Source: a virus (taxonomy: Duplodnaviria; Caudoviricetes). From it: a stretch of 64,000 nucleotides of DNA. The stretch lies in IMG/VR virus record IMGVR_UViG_3300035698_013504, positions 64,001 through 128,000 of that record, one strand, 5' to 3'. The translations under genes and the position numbers were made by a program. The notes below the pieces were generated by a model, which was given only the letters and a program-made list of their open reading frames with translations, ran no database searches and had not been told where the DNA came from. Each line of letters opens with the position of its first letter. The first letter of the stretch is position 1. Positions 54,781 to 63,416 of this stretch are shown here, one piece after another.

Positions 54781-56567
54781 GTGAACGTAGGATGTCTCGG
54801 GGCAACGAAGTCGCGCTGTTCTGGCGTGAGCTTCATATCGAACTGCTTGGCCAGGTCAGGCCACTTGCGTGTCTGATGCCAGATGGTAACCGCGGCGAAG
54901 TTGACTGAGTGACAAAGGTCATCCTTCATCTTCGGGTTACGGGTAATCAGGAACACGTCGGCGCCCTTTGCCATCTCGTGCTTGTCTTCGATGAGCGCGA
55001 GGAAGTCACTGACCAGGTCCTTCATAGAGTCGTATTCGGGGAACGTGATACCGGCCGTCTTGATCATTGCAGTCGTGAGGATCAACGATCGGGTCTTGTC
55101 CAAACTCCAGAAGTGCCGCGACGATGTCTTAGACGGCGGGTTATGCGTCAGCACGTTCTTTGTCGTCGCACGGACGTAGAGCATCGGAACGATGCGGTCC
55201 ATAGGCAGCCCGGCGTGGATGAGCAGCGCCTCTTTGATTTCGCCCGACCCGCCATAGTCATGCGCGATATACTGACACTGGAAAGCCTTAAAGTCCATGA
55301 GGATCTTAGCGGCCTCTTCATCGTGACTCAGTGAGGCGTAAAGACGCTCAGAGTATATGACTTCCAGTTTACCCGCGGGGGTGAGGCCCATAATGCATAT
55401 TGTCGTAAACGATATCTCAGAGGCGCCACCGCCACCCCAGTCAACACCCATTACGCGGAGTGTATAGTTACCTACATGCTTGAGAGCCTCGTTGCGTTCG
55501 TTCTTCCAGTCGAGGCAGCACGCACGCTGGAGGTCCGTAAGCGTAATGAGCTTGACCCCGACGTCAGAGCTCTCCCCCAAAATCTCGTTCATGAACGCGG
55601 CCTGTGTTGTCTGGAACCCGTCCATGGCCGCAACGATCTTCTGCCACTTAGCCTCAACGCCGTAATGCATTGGCATGATGATCTGCGGAATATGATACCC
55701 AGCGAATAACCAGCGGCGGTCGGGGTACCTGTGCCACCACTTACCAAGACGCGGGTTTACCGGTTTGCTGCACTTTCCACAGACGATGCCCTTCCGCCCA
55801 ATCATCTTGATGATGTCGTGATCAACGGACGGGATGTTGATGTGGCGACAGCTGTCGCACCGAATAGCCCACTCTGCCTGGGAACAGTCTTCCCACAGAG
55901 CCTGAATCGTATTGTCCAACGTCTTCGGGGTACCGCTGTACTGTTGCAGCGACCACTTCGAAGCATCCAAACAAGAACGGAGGATAGGAATGAAATCATA
56001 GTCAAGGTCTTGAACTTCATCGTAGACAGCCTTGTCTGCGGAGATACCACGAGCACGGTCTACGTCTAGGAGCGCAAATGTGAAGAACATTCGTGCCCCA
56101 TTCTTCATGGTTTTCTGAAGTACAGAATTCTCGCAACTGCTGTTAATCATCATGTTTGCGATAGGTGAGTGCTCAATAAAGGGCCTCACGTAGTTACTAG
56201 AGAACTTTCGAATCTGCTCGTAGCGAGGTGTTACGAACATGGTTTGGAAGTATGGTGAAGTCAACGACTGCAAGACATTCTGCGCTGCGAGCGTAGTCGA
56301 TTTCGATACCTGGCGCCCACACTTCAGCAGCAGCTGTTGTGGAACGTCAAGGTTGAACATCGGCTCCATCGGAAAGTGTTCCATCAAAGTGTAGGGCTCC
56401 CCCTTCAACGCCAGAAGTGGTAGAATGGGAACCAGAGTTCGCACCGGCCTAATGGCCTGATGCTCCACGAAAGACTGGATAACGTCTACCTGAGTTGGCT
56501 TAAAATCCTTTTTGCCGCTGACCCACGCGCCAATGGCTTGCTGGGTCTCTTTAAGTATGGAGGACAA
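54777..56567 (-). CDS. terL: terminase large subunit, lambda gpA-like
   Basis: Walker A-like KCGRQVSKST, Walker B YDEVQD, SGTPKT, Zn-finger CDSC/CGKC, nuclease GVDWGGG...DD..HSVNFA. Confidence 0.85.
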   Translation of the reverse strand: MSSILKETQQAIGAWVSGKKDFKPTQVDVIQSFVEHQAIRPVRTLVPILPLLALKGEPYTLMEHFPMEPMFNLDVPQQLLLKCGRQVSKSTTLAAQNVLQSLTSPYFQTMFVTPRYEQIRKFSSNYVRPFIEHSPIANMMINSSCENSVLQKTMKNGARMFFTFALLDVDRARGISADKAVYDEVQDLDYDFIPILRSCLDASKWSLQQYSGTPKTLDNTIQALWEDCSQAEWAIRCDSCRHINIPSVDHDIIKMIGRKGIVCGKCSKPVNPRLGKWWHRYPDRRWLFAGYHIPQIIMPMHYGVEAKWQKIVAAMDGFQTTQAAFMNEILGESSDVGVKLITLTDLQRACCLDWKNERNEALKHVGNYTLRVMGVDWGGGGASEISFTTICIMGLTPAGKLEVIYSERLYASLSHDEEAAKILMDFKAFQCQYIAHDYGGSGEIKEALLIHAGLPMDRIVPMLYVRATTKNVLTHNPPSKTSSRHFWSLDKTRSLILTTAMIKTAGITFPEYDSMKDLVSDFLALIEDKHEMAKGADVFLITRNPKMKDDLCHSVNFAAVTIWHQTRKWPDLAKQFDMKLTPEQRDFVAPRHPTFT

Positions 56568-56569
56568 GT

Positions 56570-56668
56570 ATGGCTTCTCCCAATGATCCCTTCACTCTGA
56601 TAGCAGAGTTGATCGAGGACATCGTTTCTTCGGCGTTCACTATCGTCGCCGGAATATTCCGCCTGTAA
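56570..56668 (+). CDS. possible 32-aa hydrophobic peptide
   Basis: GGAGG SD at 56559-56563; MASPNDPFTLIAELIEDIVSSAFTIVAGIFRL. Confidence 0.35.
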   Translation: MASPNDPFTLIAELIEDIVSSAFTIVAGIFRL

Positions 56669-56736
56669 CGGCGGCGCAACTGTTGTTCATTGTACAAGCA
56701 GCCCGGTTGCTGAGTCAACGACAAACCTAGGAGACA

Positions 56737-56940
56737 GTGACAGTGAAAACGAAATCATCCAGATCGTTACTTGAAGGTATGGGCCGTGTTGACCCCCGTC
56801 GGACCGTCCCAACTTACAAGATGAACTATCTACACTCCCATCGAAGACCAGTGACAGTGACCCCCTCAGCACTCGGGCAAGACACCGTCGAATCGCGTAC
56901 CATTACCGTTGAACAGGAGGCTAGGATACCATTTGAATGA
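56737..56940 (+). CDS. small hypothetical protein
   Basis: AGGAG upstream; 67 aa. Confidence 0.35.
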   Translation: MTVKTKSSRSLLEGMGRVDPRRTVPTYKMNYLHSHRRPVTVTPSALGQDTVESRTITVEQEARIPFE

Positions 56941-57098
56941 TATATTCTCAGTAGGCGCCATAGCCGGTTGCTTAGGTGTGATCGTATTTGGCGTATGCAC
57001 AGGCGACGGCTTAGTCATTGTAGCGGGCCTTGGCGGTCTTTATATCTTCGCCAAGGCTCAGTCTATGTCGGGGCCAAAAGGCCCTTAAAGGAGCAGGC

Positions 57099-57476
57099 AT
57101 GAGTGAAATTGAAGACAGCGTAAATGAAACAAAGCCCAGTCCGTACGCCGTCGTCCTCGATCAGATCAGGGACGCGGTCAAGGCTATACTCGACACACAG
57201 CCAGCCATCAGGTCTGTCGCGATTGTTATCGACTGGGCAGTCCCAGCAGGCGTGACCGAAGCGTCGCCGCCGTCCGGAGCGTGGATCGTACAGCCGCAAA
57301 AGATCTCCCCTGTGGACATCATTGAAGTATCAGCTAAGATCGCGGAGTTTCAAGCTGGATTTTGTCTGCGTGGCGCGACAATGTTCAGACAGGCATCACC
57401 GACACAACCTATAGGGAACGAAACCGATGGCCAAGAGCAAACTGACGCAAGCGTGGGAGAGCCCGACCAGATTTAG
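57099..57476 (+). CDS. hypothetical protein
   Basis: AAGGAG SD with ATG 57099. Confidence 0.6.
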   Translation: MSEIEDSVNETKPSPYAVVLDQIRDAVKAILDTQPAIRSVAIVIDWAVPAGVTEASPPSGAWIVQPQKISPVDIIEVSAKIAEFQAGFCLRGATMFRQASPTQPIGNETDGQEQTDASVGEPDQI

Positions 57477-58695
57477 TCTGGCCGAAGTACACCAGATCCT
57501 AGCAGCGGAGCTGAGAGATGTCCCAGGAATCGACGACCAACACCCCGACCTGGGGAAAGTCGTGCTTATACTCGGTAGCCACGGAGTGGGCAAAAGCCGA
57601 ATTGTGGAAGAAGCTTGTGAGACAGCGGGCGCAGAATTTGGGGTCTGGCATGTTGGCGCAACGGTCTTTGAAGACAACGTCGGGCTCCAAGAAATAGTAG
57701 GGCCGGAGGTTGCTAGCGCTGAAGGCGCCCCGAGTACTGTACGGGGCACGGTTCACCGGGCCTCAGAGGGTATCCCCGGATTTAGTCGGCAACCTATTTC
57801 TCCCTCAGGACGTGGATGTATCTTCCACGACGAAGTATTTTCCGGTAGCGTTGAACACCAAGACCAGCTACGCTCAATCATCAGTGGCCAACTTGGCGAG
57901 TTGAGGCTGCGCCCAGGCTGGGTCCAAGTTGCTGCAACCAACCCCGAGACCGCAGAATACATCACCGTTAAGTCTGTCGATGAGGCGTTGATGTCGAGAT
58001 TCATCATCCTCCCGGTAGAGCCCACAGCAGACGAGAAGCTCATGTATTGGAAGCAGAACGGCACGCTCCCAGACAGGCTGTTTCAATTCCTCTACCTGAA
58101 CCAATCACTTATCAACGCAACGGACTCGCGAGCATGGGCCAACATTGGACACTCGCTACGTAAATGGGCTGCGGCCGGGATTGGCGCGGATCTGATCACC
58201 AACCTGTTTGAAATCAACATTAGTACCGCTGTCGCCGCCTCGTTTAACACGTTTATGGCTCTGGGCACCAACCCAGACCTGTATCCTATCTCGTCAGAGC
58301 AGTTTCTAGGGGCTACAACGGCCCAGCACCGTACACACCTCCGTAGGGTGGGTACATGGCTTAGTAAGGGCAAGACGGCGCTTATAGGAGCTACCAGCTT
58401 CGAATTAAGAGCGATCTTGTCCGCGCGTAGAGATATTCAGGAGCTCCGCGGCATTATTACGCCCACAGCCCGTGAATATATCTTCGATTTCATGGAGGCG
58501 ATCGCCGATACCCATATGGATATGGTCGACGACCTCATTAACTCAGTTCAGAGTGGGCCACTTCAAAACGACATGCTGGATTACCTTGCCGCGGAGAAGC
58601 CAGGCCTACATGAGAAGATGATTCAAGCAGCAGGAGAATACGATGAGTGGGTCAACAGACGCCAACGCGCTCAGCAAACCGCAGCCGTCGGGTAG
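57427..58695 (+). CDS. MoxR/dynein-related AAA+ ATPase
   Basis: Walker A GSHGVGKS, Walker B IFHDE, sensor AATNP, Arg finger ALMSRF. Confidence 0.85.
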   Translation: MAKSKLTQAWESPTRFSLAEVHQILAAELRDVPGIDDQHPDLGKVVLILGSHGVGKSRIVEEACETAGAEFGVWHVGATVFEDNVGLQEIVGPEVASAEGAPSTVRGTVHRASEGIPGFSRQPISPSGRGCIFHDEVFSGSVEHQDQLRSIISGQLGELRLRPGWVQVAATNPETAEYITVKSVDEALMSRFIILPVEPTADEKLMYWKQNGTLPDRLFQFLYLNQSLINATDSRAWANIGHSLRKWAAAGIGADLITNLFEINISTAVAASFNTFMALGTNPDLYPISSEQFLGATTAQHRTHLRRVGTWLSKGKTALIGATSFELRAILSARRDIQELRGIITPTAREYIFDFMEAIADTHMDMVDDLINSVQSGPLQNDMLDYLAAEKPGLHEKMIQAAGEYDEWVNRRQRAQQTAAVG

Positions 58696-60022
58696 TAGAC
58701 CACTCAACGCCGGGGAGCAAAAGTGTGTCAGCGATGCTGTTTACACGCTCCTCAGAGGTCAAAGCCATACGGATAGCGGCGATATAGGGTACGGCTTGTT
58801 CCTTCACCACATAGAGATACGGTCCGAAGATGGCCCAAATAATGGGTCTCCGGCCTCAATCGGTGTACGTAGGGATGGGACACCCGTGATGTTCCTCTGC
58901 TTCCCACGTCTTGAGGAGTGGGGTTTGTTACAACTAGACGCCTTCCGCGAAGTGTTGAAGCACGAGACACTACATTTCATACAAGGACATGTAGGTTCAC
59001 GAGGTACGATCCTCAAAGGCAAGTACGACAGGAAGGTCTTTGGGTATGCGTCAGACCTCGTCGTCAATCAGTACATCGACGTCTCAGCGATCACAACTGA
59101 TAAGTTCAGGCCTCTGACGGTAGAGGGTTTTGGCTTAGCACCAAATCTGACGACAGAGCACTACTGTAGACTTCTATCAACGCAGATGGATGAGATACAG
59201 GAGAAGCTCAAGGAGCAGTGCGGCGGGTCCGATTGGAGCCACGAGTTGGAGATCATACTGGACGGAGACTCAGAAGGAGTAGAGGCCGGTGAAGGAGCGG
59301 CGAATGTGCCAGACTCGGTACGTGACGCTGCAATCATCAGTATCATACAGCAGGTGTCTGATAAGACACGGAAGAGTCTGAGCCGCGGCTTTCAGTCGAT
59401 GGATGCCGAGGAGTACGTCAAAGCCTTGGAGCGCACAGCCGTCGTACCATGGCACGTGTATACCAGGCGCCGCGAGGGAAGGCATACGAAGAAGGAAATA
59501 GTACCAAGTAAACGTCGACCCTCCCGCAGATGTGTGCAGCACTTCGGCCGTATTCGTAAGCACGGCCTTAACGTTCTCTTCGTTGTTGATACCTCAGGGT
59601 CTATGACCCCTACTGAACTTCGGTGCGTTGAGCCCGAGGTCAGAGGTATCCATGATCGTGGAGCGCGTGTAGTTATCATGCACGTCGACGCTGGCGTTGC
59701 TAAGGTCGAAGAGTACACCCGCCACATGAAGATCGAGAAGTTTGCCGGACGGGGTGGTACTAAGTTCCAGCCCGCATTTGATAAAATCCCAGAGCTTTTC
59801 CCACCACCAGACTTCGTTGTCTACTTCACAGATGGTGCTGGGGAAGTAGGTGATGAACAACCGATCGACACGCTGTGGGTCCTTACTTCCACCGGCATGT
59901 CTACATCGGACTTCAAACGAAACGTCTGTTCGTGGGGCGAGGTCACAACACTGGATGTGAATCATGACACGAAAGTCGCCAACAGGGAGTTTGACTGTCC
60001 TGACGCATTCTCTTTCCCTTAG
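58643..60022 (+). CDS. metallopeptidase-like (HExxH) + VWA domain protein (DUF2201-type)
   Basis: LKHETLH; VVDTSGSM (MIDAS); GRGGTKF; VYFTDG. Confidence 0.85.
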   Translation: MSGSTDANALSKPQPSGSRPLNAGEQKCVSDAVYTLLRGQSHTDSGDIGYGLFLHHIEIRSEDGPNNGSPASIGVRRDGTPVMFLCFPRLEEWGLLQLDAFREVLKHETLHFIQGHVGSRGTILKGKYDRKVFGYASDLVVNQYIDVSAITTDKFRPLTVEGFGLAPNLTTEHYCRLLSTQMDEIQEKLKEQCGGSDWSHELEIILDGDSEGVEAGEGAANVPDSVRDAAIISIIQQVSDKTRKSLSRGFQSMDAEEYVKALERTAVVPWHVYTRRREGRHTKKEIVPSKRRPSRRCVQHFGRIRKHGLNVLFVVDTSGSMTPTELRCVEPEVRGIHDRGARVVIMHVDAGVAKVEEYTRHMKIEKFAGRGGTKFQPAFDKIPELFPPPDFVVYFTDGAGEVGDEQPIDTLWVLTSTGMSTSDFKRNVCSWGEVTTLDVNHDTKVANREFDCPDAFSFP

Positions 60023-60380
60023 TTTCAGAGAGTCGATAGTAACGGCGTTACAGACGCTGTGCAATGAGGACTACGACGGAAAGTCCAGGCTGTGGTGCAG
60101 CCGTGAAGAGACTGTGCTTAAAGGCACCATATGGTACTGCCATGGTCTCCCGAATACTCAGGCGGTCATGCAGACGATCCGAGATAACCTTGACAAGGGC
60201 GAATGGGTTGCGCTGGCTGAGTATGTCGACTCGTTTATGTACCAGTACCCGTGCCAGATACACGTAGTATCCAGCGAGGGTATCGCCAGCGCCCCACCTG
60301 TGGGCACGATCAACTTCTTGGCTGAGCAACTTGGCCTCATTAAGGAGGGAGACCCATTGCCAAAGGCGGCTGACGAATGA
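59964..60380 (+). CDS. hypothetical protein (start uncertain)
   Basis: ORF with ATGA coupling to the next gene; true start probably downstream of 60022. Confidence 0.45.
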   Translation: MTRKSPTGSLTVLTHSLSLSFRESIVTALQTLCNEDYDGKSRLWCSREETVLKGTIWYCHGLPNTQAVMQTIRDNLDKGEWVALAEYVDSFMYQYPCQIHVVSSEGIASAPPVGTINFLAEQLGLIKEGDPLPKAADE

Positions 60381-61213
60381 CACCAGCCAACTGGAGTATA
60401 GGTAAGCACTTCCATATGACACCGGACCGGTGGCTTTTGTGGAGGTCGATGTTACAACCTTGGATTGAAGTTCTTGGAGATGTCCCCAAAGACGCGCGTT
60501 ACGCCTTTTTGTGGAATACAGATATGAAGGGTCTGGGCAGAAGTGAGAAGTCGTATACGATAGCGATGTTATCTCTTGCGTGTAAATGGCGGGAACTCGT
60601 CGGGCCCCTTTACCGTATGGAGCTGCTTCCTAGGCCCAAGACGTGGCGTATGTACAACTGCCCACCCCCAGATAGGGTATTTGTCCCAGAGAGCCGTGAC
60701 GGCCCTATACGGCCGTGTATGTCAAGGATTTGCCCCTTCTGTACGGCCCGAGCTACGATTAAGGTCACAGAGAGCTTATCGCCAGCGTCAAAAGGTAAGA
60801 GAATCTTCCTTTCGGCAGGTACGCGGTTCATAGACACGCCGAGCAGAGATAACCTCAAAACGTTTCGAGTTCAGGCAGCTACAGCATGTAGAGCCCATAC
60901 AGATGTTCCGCTTGCGTTTCAATTCCTTGTCGGACTGCGCGACGGCGGATGGCGGGCGGATATAAGGGCTATCTCAGATGTTTGTGATCGTCCTGACGAT
61001 TTAACGGATGTTGTGTTCTCCGCGAACAAACGCCGGTTCACACTCAAACGTCAATACGTGCGTGTAAAATACCCAAGTCAGAAGCTTCCGATAAACGTTG
61101 GACTTCTACTTGGTAATGACTTCACGCCGAAGTACGCAGCGCGGATGATTCAACATCTTGAAGGTTTACGAACATTCTCCCTCATCAACAAGCAAAAAAC
61201 GCAACCCCTTTAG
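60377..61213 (+). CDS. hypothetical basic protein with Cys motif
   Basis: 278-aa ORF; CMSRICPFC. Confidence 0.6.
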   Translation: MTPANWSIGKHFHMTPDRWLLWRSMLQPWIEVLGDVPKDARYAFLWNTDMKGLGRSEKSYTIAMLSLACKWRELVGPLYRMELLPRPKTWRMYNCPPPDRVFVPESRDGPIRPCMSRICPFCTARATIKVTESLSPASKGKRIFLSAGTRFIDTPSRDNLKTFRVQAATACRAHTDVPLAFQFLVGLRDGGWRADIRAISDVCDRPDDLTDVVFSANKRRFTLKRQYVRVKYPSQKLPINVGLLLGNDFTPKYAARMIQHLEGLRTFSLINKQKTQPL

Positions 61214-61222
61214 AATTAGTAT

Positions 61223-61288
61223 ATAGTACTGTAAGTACTATTATGCACAGTAACTAGTTAGTGTGCATAATATCTACTACGTAGATAT
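61223..61288. repeat. chain of three abutting inverted repeats in an AT-rich gap
   Basis: ATAGTAC-N5-GTACTAT; a 32-bp palindrome at 61240-61271 with one mismatched pair; ATATCTAC-TAC-GTAGATAT. Confidence 0.85.
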
Positions 61289-61331
61289 ATACTTCTTAAA
61301 ACCCCTACCCCTTTTCCAGGAGGATTAGACC

Positions 61332-62435
61332 TTGCCTATCATCACTGGTGACAACCACATAGCGCCGTATACGTGGTCACGTCATCCGAACTTGAGAGGT
61401 GACAGCTACTTCGCTTTTACCCAGGTGGTCGATTTATGCATTGCCGCCGAAGAACCGATGATCATTCTCGGGGATCTCTTTGATGCGAAGAAGCTTGACA
61501 GCCGTACGGTAATTGAGTTTCAAAGACAGATGGATCGAATGAAATCGGCTGAGCTAAACGTCTTTGCGATCCAAGGACAGCATGACAGGACCGACCCCCC
61601 GTGGGTCTCGATGCACAGTCAGATCACCCACGTCGATAAGAAATGTATCTCATTCCACGATACTATGTTCTACTTCCTCGATTACCGGGACCCAGAGAGT
61701 CTGGACGAGGAGCTTAAGAGTGTACCTGAGAACGCGTCTGTTCTGTGTCTACATCAGGCCCTCAAACAGGCCCTACCTTTTGAGAATGACGACGGTAGTG
61801 GGGTCTGGGACTTCGAGGCTGAGCAGGTGCCCGTACACATCCGTAAGATATTCCTAGGCGACATTCATACGCCTTACGATTTCGAGCTTGAGGGTCGTTC
61901 CTTCCAATACACAGGTACAACGTGTATGCAGGCAATCAATGAGCCTACGGATAAGCATGTGATCTGGTATAGGGCTGACGGTGTGGAGCTAGTACCTCTT
62001 CAGACGAGACCCTTCTATTCAGGTACGGCGGTTACCACAGAGTCACTCTCCAAGACGTGCGATATCATTCGTAGTATCCCCGACCCCGCCGAGGAGAATA
62101 AGGATTTCCCCGCAGAGGTGGCACGGCCGTACGTCGTTGTTGTATATCAGGCTGACGTTGAAGGCGCTACGGACAGACTCAATGCCGCGTGCGATGAGCG
62201 CGACTGCGAGCGTCTTCTAGTCTCGGTACGTCCCGAGCTAGTCTCGAACGGAGAGATTATCGCGACGGTTGACCCGGACGAGGTATCCCTCGAGAAGTGT
62301 TTGGACCTGACCGTTAGCCGGGAAACTGAAAAGGAACTTCACACGTTCCTGACTCTATTGCTTCGCACCCGCGATAACGAAGAGGTGCATAACGTACTCG
62401 CAGCACACCGCGACGAGATGGGGATCACCCTATGA
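61332..62435 (+). CDS. Mre11/SbcD-like metallophosphoesterase nuclease
   Basis: GDNH, GDLFD, GQHD, CLHQ, GDIH motifs; AGGAGG SD with TTG. Confidence 0.85.
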   Translation: MPIITGDNHIAPYTWSRHPNLRGDSYFAFTQVVDLCIAAEEPMIILGDLFDAKKLDSRTVIEFQRQMDRMKSAELNVFAIQGQHDRTDPPWVSMHSQITHVDKKCISFHDTMFYFLDYRDPESLDEELKSVPENASVLCLHQALKQALPFENDDGSGVWDFEAEQVPVHIRKIFLGDIHTPYDFELEGRSFQYTGTTCMQAINEPTDKHVIWYRADGVELVPLQTRPFYSGTAVTTESLSKTCDIIRSIPDPAEENKDFPAEVARPYVVVVYQADVEGATDRLNAACDERDCERLLVSVRPELVSNGEIIATVDPDEVSLEKCLDLTVSRETEKELHTFLTLLLRTRDNEEVHNVLAAHRDEMGITL

Positions 62436-62659
62436 AATGGGAAGACATCATCCATCATCATTATCGTGGCGTTGTGTCTGAAGGGAAGGCTGTCCTCGTC
62501 ACTCAGGGTATCCGCGACACCAACCACATGTCGAGCTACCTAGTCTCTGAATCCGCGTGGTTCGAGTGTAACCCGTTCCCCGACGACTTCTGGCACTTCA
62601 CCGTGAAGATAGACAGATACGCGTCGGTCTGCAAGGATCACGGGCTTGAGCCACAGTAG
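62432..62659 (+). CDS. hypothetical protein
   Basis: ATGA coupling; 75 aa. Confidence 0.5.
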   Translation: MKWEDIIHHHYRGVVSEGKAVLVTQGIRDTNHMSSYLVSESAWFECNPFPDDFWHFTVKIDRYASVCKDHGLEPQ

Positions 62660-62671
62660 CACGCTACTAAC
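62657..62671. promoter_or_regulatory. degenerate copy of the intergenic palindrome
   Basis: TAGCACGCTACTAAC upstream of the 62687 gene. Confidence 0.3.
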
Positions 62672-62686
62672 GAAAGGTCGTCCGTT

Positions 62687-63178
62687 ATGTCAGACTCAAA
62701 GGACGAGAAGGAATACTACGGCGGGTATAACCCGGATCATGACTTCTCCACGCACGAGGACGCCCATCCCGGCGTTCAGGTTAACGACTTGCCCGGGTTG
62801 CCGCTGAGTAGACTTATTATCGCGCTGAAGCGGTTACGTGTGATCGTGGAGACTCAGAAGCTGAGCTACGCAAATAGTGATGCAATGGGTGATAAGTATA
62901 ACTTCTGCTCGTGGGGCATGTGTAGTGTGTCCTCCGATCTTTGGCCGGACCCAAAGGATCACACGTGGCCGTACGCCTTTATGAGCGAGGGCCGCGTTGC
63001 CCCGCTTCGCCATTCTAGCAAGTGCCCACTCTCCCGGTACACACTACCCGGTCACGGCTGCTTTTATAGCTGCTCTGTGTTTACGGCTCGTTGCAAGACA
63101 CCAAGCCGTAAGACGGCCCTGGCCTGGATCGACGAGTACATTACCGAACTTGAGTTTGTGGAGGCTGGCCGAGCATGA
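62687..63178 (+). CDS. hypothetical Cys-containing protein
   Basis: 163-aa ORF. Confidence 0.55.
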   Translation: MSDSKDEKEYYGGYNPDHDFSTHEDAHPGVQVNDLPGLPLSRLIIALKRLRVIVETQKLSYANSDAMGDKYNFCSWGMCSVSSDLWPDPKDHTWPYAFMSEGRVAPLRHSSKCPLSRYTLPGHGCFYSCSVFTARCKTPSRKTALAWIDEYITELEFVEAGRA

Positions 63179-63393
63179 ACTTTGTGAAGCTACCAGTTTC
63201 AATAAGTCTTAACATGACGGACCCGGAGGAGCTCGTTAACCTGGGCCTTGTTGAGTCGATCCGCCCACATCCAGAGCTTAGTCACGAGTGTATTCTCCGT
63301 TTCATCTCAGGTCGACAGATCTCACTCGACAGGACTGTTGAGCAGATCGAGGACATAATTTACAGGGCGAGAGTTCACAAGACGATTGTCTGA
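63175..63393 (+). CDS. hypothetical protein
   Basis: ATGA coupling; 72 aa. Confidence 0.5.
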   Translation: MNFVKLPVSISLNMTDPEELVNLGLVESIRPHPELSHECILRFISGRQISLDRTVEQIEDIIYRARVHKTIV

Positions 63394-63416
63394 AAACGAA
63401 AGGAATTCAGTAAGGT

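Noticed and set aside
2463-62659. Genome-wide TAG recoding (genetic code 15) suggested by in-frame TAG junctions at 2463, 7713, 28881, 32332, 38413, 48338, 62657
   Set aside because: About 7 of 16 TAG junctions are same-frame versus roughly one third expected; TAA junctions do the same (6890, 9541, 29483); long conserved genes are intact under code 11; several downstream genes have their own SD
27293-62671. TACTAAC (spliceosomal branch-point consensus) at 27293, 54319, 62665
   Set aside because: Prokaryotic SD-driven, intron-free gene structure; better explained as the right arm of the intergenic palindrome
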